DNA of 64,000 nucleotides from Antedon mediterranea. Lineage: Eukaryota; Animalia; Echinodermata. The stretch covers positions 3,038,001 to 3,102,000 of the forward strand of contig NC_092674.1 of assembly GCF_964355755.1 (NCBI RefSeq). The letters are read 5' to 3'. How positions within the stretch are numbered: position 1 is the first letter of the stretch; every line of letters begins with the position of its first letter. Under the pieces are notes generated by a model. The model searched no databases. It was not told where the DNA came from and saw only the letters and a program-made list of their open reading frames with translations. The position numbers and the translations under genes were made by a program. Below are positions 13,307 through 41,300 of the stretch, in pieces.

Positions 13307-14320
13307 CAGGCCCGTAGCCAGGGGGGGTTTTTATGGTTCGGGCGAACCCCCCCTTTACAGCGAACCCCCCTTAACCGACTGCGAACCCCCATCCCCGACA
13401 TGCCCAATACCTCACCCTCATCTCCGAAAATCGTCCAAATACGTGCCCCACAGTACAAAAAGTTGTTCGTAAATTGAAAAATTCGTAAACTCGTTCGGAA
13501 TAACTCATACAGTACCTTCTTCCCTGTATGAGCGTACTTCGAGCAATACGTGTCTGTAAATTTCTAAGAGTTGCAAATGAATTGCCGATTTAAACCTGAA
13601 AAATAAATGTTTGGTCCCTGCATGTAACATGATATAGACGCGTCTCACAGCGAGCTGGGGCACGAACGATTCGTACAAAGGACAGCATGCATAAAGTATA
13701 TAGCCTTCCGACATACATCAGTAGTATTTATGTGTGGCTATGAAGTATAATGTATCATAGAGGATTATAGTGAATGTTAATATTTTACACTATAATATCT
13801 ATGGTATCATGTACTGTAGTTCACATTATGGCATCCGATTATTTTTTTCTAGACCACCAGCCGATACGTACTCAAATGTATCAATATCACCTATTTACAT
13901 TGGCATATTTAATTTCCTCAACAAATTGCTGTAAATAAATATTATAGATAGAGCTATAAAAAGAATTGCATTTGCCTTCACCCAGTGTGCTTTTTTCGGG
14001 GCTTCTCCTAGACGTACGTTCGCATTGAACTTGAACGCAAAACAAAATACCGAGTAAATGATCAAACAATCGGCGGTTCCGCACACAGAGCACGCGCATC
14101 TAACATACGGCAACAAAAATGTTATCGTTTAAATAGTCCACGAGTCCAAGTACGACCGTTTTGCTCATTGGTAGCATGCTGCATGAGAGTGTCTTTTCCG
14201 GCCATCTAGGGGTGTCATTTAACCAAATTCGCTTCACCTCAGGCCCCACCCCAGGGGGGGGGGGTGACCCAAATACTTAGTGTCCGAACCCCCCCTTGAC
14301 AGATCCTGGCTACGGCCCTG
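13307..14320. mobile_element. Non-autonomous hAT-like element, 1014 bp, 5-bp TSD
   Basis: TIRs CAGGCCCGTAGCCAGG / CCTGGCTACGGCCCTG; CCTAC duplicated on both sides; subterminal CGAACCCCCC repeats. Confidence 0.75.
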
Positions 14321-14643
14321 CCTACACATGTTACCATTTACACCCACAAAAATAAACGACTCCCTCGAATAAATTCATTTCCCCCACCCCCTCCCCACCT
14401 AAAAACTCCTGAACAATATCCAGGGGCGTTTATACGGTACAGAATTTAAATAAAGTTGAGTGACAAAACAATGTGTATTATTATGTGTATATCATTGTTT
14501 TCTTTATATTATTAATCTTACTTACAATAATTATGGACATACATAATTAATTAAATTAACCGAAGTTAGGTCTCATGGACGTCGTGTACGTAGGATTTAT
14601 GATAAAAAGTTTGTCGAAAGAGGGCGTAATTTGACAACGTGTT

Positions 14644-14664
14644 GTTGCTACGCGTAAATAAACA
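14644..14664 (+). promoter_or_regulatory. X-box-like plus forkhead site upstream of the C6orf163-like gene
   Basis: GTTGCTACGCGTAAAT overlapping GTAAATAAACA, just before a putative first exon ending at 14753 (CTG|GTTAGT). Confidence 0.45.
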
Positions 14665-15289
14665 TTGATTACTGATAAGAAACGATCCTTCTGTCAGACG
14701 GCGAAAATTGACTAAAATACCCCATAAAACTCAACCTGTAATAAGAGAAACTGGTTAGTAGATATTTAATGATTATCAATGACCCAATTAATAAAGTTAG
14801 TCTAGTATAGTAAGATAGAGTAAGCCTAACCTCGGCCTACTAGGATTATCCCCAGCCAGTTTGAAGTTTGGCGAGGTATTGAGTGTAGTACTATTAGTAT
14901 TTTTATGGTGTCATTCACACAAAGAATGACATCACATTATTTGACAGGGCAGAGGGTCAGTAGTGGTGACACACCTCAACGACACACGAAGAGTGCACTG
15001 CCTGCAGCTGTCCGATCCTGAATACTGACACATAGTATAGCATAGGTTTGTGAGATTTTAGGTTTGTACATTCTTTCTCCTTATAGGCCCTATTTAATTT
15101 TAATTAACAATACAATTAATATTACAGTAAATTAATATGACGGATGGTTATTATTTTGATAAAATTATTAATTATTATGGCATTATTAATATTATATTTA
15201 CAGAAGCAACATATAATGAAGAAGCACTAACAGTCATACACGAATGATTCAATTAAAAAAAAGATTATCAAAGTTGGGGCTGACTGAGA

Positions 15290-17226
15290 ATGTCTACCCG
15301 GCCTGTCCGCCCAATTCGTGATCCGATTGAAACGCTTGAACGCATTCTTCAGCGCACTACACTTAATACTCAGCAGGCAACTCATGAGAATATCAGTGGT
15401 AAACACTTTATTGTTATTCTTTTCGATTTTAAAGTTCTTGATTTTAAAAGATACCCAATCCACTGACCGATTGAGCTCTGTCAACACTATCAGTATCAAA
15501 CTAGTTTGACAAAAAAAGTATGATGTGCCCAATGGTAGTGATATCACCAAATATGGTATGGTAGTGATATGACATCATCGTGTCCATGGGCACATCACAT
15601 AAAGTTTGATAGTGTACACAAAGCTTTACTCTAGGCTACATGACTGCCCAACTGTAACAAAACCCATTGGGCCGAGACTAATATACCTTATTAAAATAGA
15701 AATATTCTTTTATTAGATGTCGGTGGAAATATATACAGTTGTGCATCAGAAGCAGCAAGACTAGACAAAGAAGGTGCAGTAAAGAAAGCTATAGCAGAGA
15801 CGCAAGGAAAGGCAGAAAAACAGTACAGAGATGCTTTGTGCTTAGCAAGAGAAGAATCAAACAAACAGCTCAAAAACTCCCTTGAAGATGCAAGAAAAGT
15901 ACAACATCACAGTGTCTTTAGCTTTATAAGAGAATTTAGTCTACAAAACACATTTTTCTGGTTATCAAAGGGTAGAGTCATTGCCCAAAAAACCTTGACA
16001 CCTAAAACCAGACTTTTTAAGCTGCAGTGGCCGTATTCACCATTCACACTTAGGCTAAGGGAAACGCTTACCCTTAAAATAAAAATCTCCTATCTAAGAT
16101 ATCAACACATTTTATTTTCTCCTCTTAGGCAGCACAACAACAAGCATCTCGGGTCGCCCGCTCACGTGACATTTTAGAAGAGGAGCGTATAAAGAAATTG
16201 ACGCAGAAGCTGACAAAAGTCAAAGAAGAAGCTTTGCACTCTCAGTGGGAAGAATGCGAGAAGATGCGTTTGAAAGCAGTTGCAGACGGGGTTGCAGAAA
16301 CAACTCGTCGTTTGCATAATCAATTTGCGTTGGAAAAAGAATTAGCTGTTGCAGATGCTTTGAGGGTAGCAAGGGTAAGCTGATAGAAGATGTTTCCTTT
16401 CTTATGATTATTTGATTTATTTCAAACCTTTTATTCTTCGATTTTTTTACTTTACCTCCCAAAAGAAAATTAGTTTTAGAGATTGCTAATGTATAATATA
16501 ATGTTAATCAAATTATTTTCTTATTAGGATAAATTTGAGATTCGCTTGGCTGATTCAATTGCATCGACAAAAGCAGAGTGCGAGAGAATGGCCGCCGCAG
16601 AGGCAGCCCGTGTTGCTAAACTACACAAAGCGGAATGTGATAGACTTGAAGACATGTAAGTATGGTATGAAAGCAGGTCGTAGCAATAACAAAATTTCAC
16701 CTCTTCATAAAATCAAGGCTATGCCCCGCCCACCCACCATCCCAGAAAAAATTACCCAATTCCTCGGTTAATTTTAAAACGATATCTTTTTATTACACAG
16801 AATTGTAGATTTGCGCAGAGAACTGCATGATGAAGTCCAAGCTCGACTTCTTGTACAATCTGACTTTAGGGTAAGTATTAGTAGCCAACACAGTCCTATT
16901 ATTAACCCTTCTTAGTGATCTTTAAATGAATATGGTATTTAATAAGGAAAGAAATTTTTTTTTAATTTGTTGTCCCAAAATAGGCAATGCAGAGAGATTA
17001 CAAACGGTTCCTGGATTTCACCGACGGCAAGTACCATTCCGATTACCTGCTTAAACTGAGGAAACACGGAATGAAGTTTGATAAGAACTGGGAAAGGAGA
17101 GAGAGTGAAGAAGTGACCATGTTCCCAATTCCTACGGTTCTTGCACATTGCCAGCGAAAGAATGGAGTGAATAAGGAAAGTAAAGAAAAACCAAAAACAC
17201 TCAGCTTTGCTCCTCCGATAAAGTAA
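15290..17226 (+). CDS. C6orf163-like coiled-coil protein, 6 coding exons, ~325 aa
   Basis: Exons 15290-15398, 15717-15898, 16129-16374, 16528-16655, 16801-16870, 16984-17226 (978 nt, phases consistent). THENISDVGGNI, an E/K/A-rich coiled coil and QRDYKRFLDFT...HSDYLL resemble C6orf163 (H.NILDIGANI ... FQKYINYT...HADFIL). Confidence 0.7.
15475..15625. mobile_element. Harbinger-type MITE family A
   Basis: AGCTCTGTC..CACTATCA ... GTTTGATAGTGTACACAAAGCT in the first coding intron of the C6orf163-like gene. Confidence 0.65.
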
Positions 17227-17705
17227 ACCGTTTTGTTTGTTGTTTTGGTTGGAATGCTTTTTCAGACGAGATACTGTACTCACGCAATGCACAACGAATG
17301 TGCGTTAACCAATCAGAAGCGCCAGTCCTTACATTGTGCTCAGGTGGGAACCAAGCCTTAGTAGTTATAGGGTACGTACTTACATTGTGCCCAGGTGGGA
17401 ACCAAGCTTTAGTAGTTAACAACAGTTTTGTTTTAGTGTCATTAGTAGTGGTAGTTACATGGCTATATTGAATACAATAGCTTTTGATCTTTTCATCAAT
17501 ATATATAAATATTTGTATGTGGTAAATAATCATTACCTATTTACTTTTCAATGACAAACATTCCAGTTTGACCTTTGTAATCGCTTTGTGCAGTCAGGCG
17601 GATCCAGGGGCACGCTCCTCCTTTGATAGCTGCAATATGAACTATTTTTTGATATATATTTTTTACAGACTATTAATATCATTATGTTAGCGTCTACAAT
17701 ATCAT

Positions 17706-17864
17706 GTGGCCGTATTCACCAATCACACTTAAGTGAGATATTTCCCTTAAATATTAAGTATTTCACTTAACTCAATAAATGTTTAATCATTCATAATTTT
17801 ATTGTCATTGCATTTTAAAATGTTATTGGTGCTTCCCTTAGCAGCCCAATGTGAATACGGCCAC
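17706..17864. mobile_element. MITE with TGGCCGTATTCAC TIRs
   Basis: GTGGCCGTATTCAC ... GTGAATACGGCCAC; a truncated copy starts at ~16025. Confidence 0.6.
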
Positions 17865-19148
17865 TGGATTTTCATCTGGATAAGTCTAATGCTATATTCT
17901 AGCTTTCAATATTTTTATAATTTGTTTTTATATGATTATGCAACAGTAATATAATTTATAGCATATTTAAAATTTCATTGAATACAATTTTCATTAATTA
18001 ATAATTTTGTACTATAAATGTATTTTTTAAAAATATTTTATTTAGTGCAGAATTCCAATTTTAATGTATTTTTTTTAAATATTTCATAATCGGTGCAGAA
18101 TTCCAATTTAACGTTTTGGATATTAAGTTCAAGTTTTCATATTTCTTTTATTTTATAACTAATATATTCTATATAGTTTTCACAATATATATTTTTACAT
18201 TATAGGCCTAAATGTATAAGCACATTTTTTTTTCATTTAAGCAATATGTTTTATCCATTTTTTTAAAGTTAAAGAATGTCTTTCAGACTTGGTTTTTTAA
18301 TCTTAATATAATTGTGTACGTTTTAAAATTAAAGTTCTCAAATTAGCAAGTCTGACGATGAGGACACCAAGACAATATTATGAGAACTTTATATTTAGCA
18401 CTATATATTTATCTCCATACTGTATCTAGGCAAATGGCATATAATTTGGTCAGTATCTCATCACATGATATATGATACAGCACAAAATGTGACCTATGTG
18501 AATTATAACAAATTAAACCGGCATTCAACATATTTTTTATTTTATTTATTGAAGTGTATATACAACATAATCCTCTTCAACACTGAGGCAGAACCTATTC
18601 ACAAGATTTAATAGCAAACATTTAGAAACCTAAAGCGCCCATGTCATGCGGCGGCGGCTAGGATGCTTTACTTCTGTTCGATAAATAAATCAAACGCTAT
18701 CTACATAATGCATCCACTGTTATCATTTGACTACCTAAGTTTGTGAAAAATATGAAAATCGTTCAAGCCCCCTAGATTTCCACAAAATATCTGTCAGATT
18801 CTGAAGCTCTATTGATATTCTCTCTAATGGAGCAGATCAAAATAGCTGCACTATGCAACAATGACAGGGGGAAGAACAAATGATTGAACAGCCCATGTAT
18901 CGCTGTTGTAGTTATTTGACATGCCTAGATATCTTATGGAAACCAGGCTTGTAGAATGTAATATCTAATCCATGATCTATAAGTTAACAAAGGCCTAGCT
19001 AAGATCAATCAATTATACACCTCAATCATGAAAACAAAAAATATTAGCACCTATAAAAAATAGTAGCTATTGAATGTTTAAACGAAGGGAGTCATTAGGA
19101 TAGCAAGTGGGATGGGTTAAGCAAGGTAATATTGCCTTTAGGGACAAG

Positions 19149-19317
19149 CAGTGGTGTAACACAGTGAGTGGGCCGGGCAAAAGCCCATGGTTTAGCACTC
19201 TAAGGGCCTTCCAATGCTGGGCAGTTGCATTGGGCTGCTCATGCTCTGGGCCCTTAAGCTCTGGGGGCCCAGAGTTTTAACCAGTGAGCGCTCATCATAG
19301 CCATTACGCGGCCACTG
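19149..19317. mobile_element. Small hAT-like MITE with GGCCC subrepeats
   Basis: CAGTGGTGTAA ... TTACGCGGCCACTG with imperfect 8-bp flanks GGGACAAG/GGAGCAAG. Confidence 0.45.
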
Positions 19318-19770
19318 GGAGCAAGCACACCAGTCATACCACTTTCACCTGAAATGTGAAAGTGGTATTGTTTGTTTATCTTAAAATCCATTTCTATGAA
19401 ATTGTTTTCCTATAATGGCTAACCAGTAGCATATATACTATTTTAATAACAAAACAAATTAAAATGTAATCCTATAGCCCTTTCACATTGCCAAGTCGTG
19501 TGTAAACTCCAGAGGTTTACAATGTGAAAGGGGCATTAGTTATGAATTTACATTCATACAATCATAATTGTTATTCATTAAAGAATAATTCTGTTGCCAA
19601 ATTTGCTTGTTAGACTGTAATTTTAGACTGTAATGTTAGTACAATTTAAATACCGAGATAATTGTGGTCAATGTGCATGTTTATAAATATCTTTAACTTT
19701 GAAAAACTATTTTTAAATTCTTGATTTAGGTTATACCATCTCGGTATACAAAATACCTAATGTATTCTAA

Positions 19771-19966
19771 AGCTCCGTCTACACTATCAAACTAGTTTGA
19801 CAAGAAGTGTGATGTGACCAAATATGGTAGTGATATGCCCAAATATAGTAGTGACATGACATCATCATGTCTATACATGGAGTTATAACTAATTTTATAA
19901 CTCCATGTTCTATATATGGGCACATCACATTTTGTTGTCACAAAGTTTGATAGTGTAGACAGAGCT
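19771..19966. mobile_element. Harbinger-type MITE family A
   Basis: Full TIRs AGCTC.GTCTACACTATCAAACT / AGTTTGATAGTGTAGACAGAGCT. Further copies at ~20290-20418 and ~20750-20885. Confidence 0.75.
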
Positions 19967-20421
19967 AATGGAACTCTTACACTATGCAATGTGGAACACA
20001 AAGTGAAAAGGGGAAGGTGGGGGTGGGGGATGGTGGGGGTAGGAAATCAAATGAATAAGTTTGGTTTGTATGCCCCCATTTAAGCTATATATCACTCATA
20101 AATAATATTATTTATATAATATAATACACCTGTTGATTGGTTTTTGTTTGTGAACAATCTTTGTATCTACATGCTTGAAAATACATAAACCGTACGATTC
20201 TCTTACTTATAACTAGCAGCAGGTAGTAGTGAAATGTTTATTCTAACCACTTACTGAAAACGAGCCAGACACTTAAGCCTTAAGTCTGAACTATCAAACT
20301 TTATGTGACCAAAAAAATGTGATGTGCACAAATATGGTAGTGATAAGTTTAAATACGGTAGTGATATGACATCATCATGTACATATATGGGCAAATCATA
20401 TTGTTTTGTCAGAGAGCTTAG

Positions 20422-20686
20422 AATAACCAATTTTAAATTCGACCAATTAGACTTATGCATGAAAGAATATGTTAATTTAATCGGCATGGTAGTGGTAAAT
20501 AAAACCAGTACCGGACACTTGATAACCAATTTTAAATTAGACCAATGATCATCTTATGCATTTTAATTAATCAGCATGGTAGTGGTCAATAAAACCAGTA
20601 CCAGACACTTGACCCTTGATAACCAATTTTAAATTAGAACAAGTGTCATCTTATGCATGTTAATTGGTAGTGGTCAATAAAACCAT
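20422..20686. repeat. ~100-bp tandem repeat (about 2.7 copies)
   Basis: Recurrent ATAACCAATTTTAAATT.GACCAAT...CTTATGCAT...GGTAGTGGT.AATAAAACCAGTACC.GACACTTG. Confidence 0.7.
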
Positions 20687-21120
20687 TGAGTGTAAATACA
20701 GAAGGCTCTGATCTTTGTTTTACTTGATTAGTCTTGATAAAATCAGTAAGGCTCTATCAAACTTTATGTGACAACAAATGTCATGTGGCCATAATGGACA
20801 TGATGATGTCATATCACTACCATATTTAAGCAGATCACTACCATATTTAGGCACATCACACTAGTTTGATAGTGTAGACAGAGCTTAACACAAAATGATT
20901 TGCCATAAAATCTGTGATACAAATTGATTTGATAAAATCAACACATTCACATTCATGTCTAGGTAACTCATAGGTTTAAAATGAAATGGTAATTACTGTC
21001 AAGTTTTACTAAGAGATACCATGTTTATTACAATATTTCCGTTCCATATACACCTGTTTAGTTGTCTATATCGTTAGTTGTATAAAAAGATTGACGTCTT
21101 CTTGAAGAGTGAAATGTATC

Positions 21121-37195
<16,075 letters not shown>

Positions 37196-38328
37196 GCTTC
37201 AATAAATGTTGGCCAAGTCCTTCGTCAACCAATTATGAAAGAATGAAAGTTCAGCACAGGATTTATTTAAAACCTGTTATGTTAATGCATCATCTTCATC
37301 TATACCAATTCCTGGAAAAAGGTGGAAGTTGAATCGGTACCGTACATTTTTAGTAGAGTAATATAGCTAGCGAGACGAATTAAATACATTTGATGACATA
37401 AAAATAGATGTTATTTTGACTTCTAAAATATAAGCAGCTCCTCTTATTACCATCCTTTCTTCCAAAATAACTGATAAAAATAAAGTTATAATTGACTCTT
37501 TTGAGCTAGGCTGGTCTCCTGCCCAGTGGACCCACACACAGCCAATCGGAACCGTGTACTGTCAGCTGGCTAACTTTTTCTGCAGAGGCTAGAGAAAGAT
37601 AAGGCTGTGCCAACCAATACGTTTGTTGGTAATGAACATTTAATAATAAAATATAAATTAATCTACTAACATGTATTTTTATATTTCTATTCACTCTTCA
37701 ATCAATTCGAACTAAAATGAATGCAATCAATAATCTAAAACACTAATTTTACGAACAATTTGAAGAATATTTTTGGAACACATCCATTCCATGTACAATA
37801 CTTTTGGTTACCTACTGTGTAATTCATTCACTGCCGTAAAACGCCCATTGTTCACTGAGAACTAATTTACAACATCGTTATTTTTATCTTTTTAAAAGAT
37901 AAAACCGACAAAATTTTCTGAAAATTAGATAAAAGAAAATTATTATACAGTTTATCTCTTAAAATAAATCTACACCGGAATGAAATCTGTTTATAAAGGC
38001 GATCTTTTAATAGGCGGATGACTAATATTTTTAAGTGAATAGCGATGATGGTGTAGAGTGCCATTTTTTAATTGTGACGTCATTTATAAATTATTTTATA
38101 AAATTAGATTTTCTTCACTGATATAAATATATATATTCATCATTTATATCTAATTTAAATTTTAAACATTTATAAACTTTATTATTATTATATTAATTAT
38201 TTTTAAAATGTGTATTAATGTATTAAGATATTGTTAAAATAATAAGTTACGGTAAAGACTAAACATGGATGCGCCCACAAAAAATCAAAACAACATTAAC
38301 TCTACCAAACGCAGAGTCCAATAATATC

Positions 38329-41300
38329 ATGTTATCCATTAAACTAGATGTTTCTGCGTTGAGAGAATTTGCTACAATAGTAAGTTTTTCTATAATGTAT
38401 TACTATCCCTAAATTTGTAGTGTACTGTAAGTAGTAATTAACTAGCCTATATAGGCCTAGGCCTAGGCCTAGGTAGGCCTAGAGGCCCCATCTTCTAGGC
38501 TAGCTTCTTCTAGTCCGTACAGACAGTACAAAGAAAAGTGAAGTGGCAGGCATCTCTGATTTCTGACGCGACACTGGCCCAGTTCGAGTCGATTCAACCC
38601 TGCTTCACTGTGTTCCAAATAGAACATTTTTCAATTTCCAACAAGATGATTTGTTTTGACAGGTAACGTTAGAAGTTCCTAGGACATCCAGAGTGGAACA
38701 GTTAGCTGATGTTGTCAAAGATCTTAAAAATGTGGATGTGTGAGTAATAATGACAATAACTATATATATACAAATACAATGTAATATTATATAATTATAT
38801 ATGATGAAGGGCTAGTGTTGCCCGAAAGCTCAGCTAACTTTTCTGGCTGTTTTACTTATCGTTTTGATTTAGCTTTTCGCTTTTTTTTTGTATCTCCATT
38901 GAGATCCAGCCACTGATACCCACAGCATTGTCATTTTTCAGTAATTAGGTTATATGCATGATATGCATATAACCTCTTGATTCTGTCAAAATCTTTATTT
39001 ATTTATTTATTTATTCTTTCCTTAGCACTATTTTGTCCGTGCATTATCTTGGCATCAGTTTAATCTAGCTAAGTCAAGTTTTCAGAGTATATTCCTCATG
39101 GCCAGGAATCGATGTGGTTATATTTTCACGATGCGTAATCAAAAATTACGCGGTCTACGCGCGATTTTACGAAATCACGTTTGTAATCATATCTTCACAA
39201 GCATGAATCACAATTAAACAAAATTTGGTACTCATAAATTTCAGGTCATATTTCATCATATGGCAATAAAATTACGTGCGTAGCGCATATAACGCTTGCG
39301 TACGCGCGCTTAAAATGTTCAAAATTGTCAAAATTTATTTTCGATGAAATTAGAGTACGTTTCAGGCAATTTTAAGCGTTTAAAAAATTGCCATGAGTGC
39401 GCAGATTTTTGCACGCGCACTGCGCGTTAAACGTTAATGCGCACTCTTTCTGCCCGATTTCTGTTTTACAATCTTTCTTTAATAATATCATCATATTTGA
39501 TTCAGGTTTCAACTCGAAATTGCGTTATACGAGCACGTCAAAAGTGACTGGCTACGCACGTATAAGTTAACAAAATGGTGAAAATATGCTAAATTTTAAA
39601 ATTAATATATATCGTCAGAATGCAGGGGAACACCTATTTTTTATTTCATTTTCTTGAAGTGTAGGTATCATATGTATGATTTATTATCAAATAAAGAGAA
39701 CAAAAGTTGATTAAGTCATCATTAATTGCATATTAAATTAAAAAATAATAATTTCGACAATCAAACAAATTATGAAATTTTCTTAGGCCAAAATAACAAA
39801 CTTAACATTAACTTTCTTCCTTCAAAAATTCATATATTAAAGTTAAAAGTATGTAGTTTGACAGTGCATCATTTGTATACATTTTAAAGATGTCATCATA
39901 GTAAAAAATTATAATTCATTTCGGTATGTAATAATCTATTTGCATCAAAGTGGTTACTGCATAGTAAATACACGGAGGAATTTTTCTACAACTATTAGTC
40001 AGGTGTGTACGGCTCGGTGGTCTGTGCTCGTGTCTATGGCATTAAAGGTACCGAGATCGAGTCTCACCTTGTGAAACGAAATAAGATTTTCTTTTTATTA
40101 TCCGTATTGTTTGTTCAAATTTATTTCTTAGTGTATAGATTATACACATGATTTATAATGAAATCTAGATAAAAATTAACTTATGTCTTTATTATTATGT
40201 AACAACAAATGTGGTTTATGACATTATACGCATATGGATCTTTGATCGGATTGTGATACCGGCTATGGTGTTCGCGTTAGCAAGGTCCTATCATATATTA
40301 TAAGTAATTAAAGATTCAGAGAAAATCAATCAATCAATATATCTTTTAAAAATCAATTATCTTTATTTAAATCAATGCATATAACCTATAATTCGTCATA
40401 GTGACGAATTAAATCTAGTTTGCCTTTGGATTAATAATATATAATTATATATATATAATAATACTATATAATGTAATTAGGCCATCATTCAGATTAAAAT
40501 ATTTTATTTTTCTATCTACTTATTTGATGTGTGCCTAGTCTTATTGTGTTATTAAATTACAAAAGGAAAAACATGTTTAAAAACAGCTAACAATAAATAT
40601 TTAAATTCTTGTATAAAGATGGATTTTTGAAGCTGTATACTGTAAGTCTATTGTCAGGCCAACGCTTGAATATTGTAATACTGTTTATAATCCTATTAGA
40701 AAAAGAGATCAGGATGAAATAGAGAAGGTCCAGCAAAGAGCAACAAGATTGATTCCTAGGTACCGTAATATTCCTTATGAACAACGTTTGAGAATTCTTG
40801 GTCTTCCTACCATGAGATATCGAAGGCAGAGAGCGGATATTATCCAAGTTTTTAGGATTGTTAAAGGTTTCGATCGTATTTCGATCAACACATTTTTTGA
40901 ATTTGATCTAGAATCTCGGACCCGTGGACACCCATATAAACTCAAGTTTAAAAGCTCTCGTCTTAATATTAGGAGGGACACGTTCTCCAGGAGAGTTATT
41001 CTCTTATGGAATGCTCTGCCTACGGATGTAGTTTCATGTGCTACGGTGAACTTGTTCAAAGCAAAACTTAACGTCGCATGGTCTAACCACCCGCTGAAGT
41101 TTTCAAAGAATATGATTTTATTGCTAAGAGGGGCTTTTAAGCACTGAGTGCTTTGCCTCAATCCCGTAGACAAAAGTGTACGGGAAACAAGTAAACAAGT
41201 AAGTAAGTAAACGTATGTAGACTTGCCCCAAGTCTGTAATTATTATCTTTTTTATGTTAGTCCACCAGTCGAACGTTTCGATTTTTGTCTGAAAATAATA

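Noticed and set aside
38514-38662. Open frame SVQTVQRKVKW... as exon 2 of the SENP gene
   Set aside because: No recognisable motif. Treating TTTTGACAG as an acceptor instead gives the ubiquitin-like VTLEVP exon with a strong GTGAGT donor. It cannot be fully excluded without RNA data.
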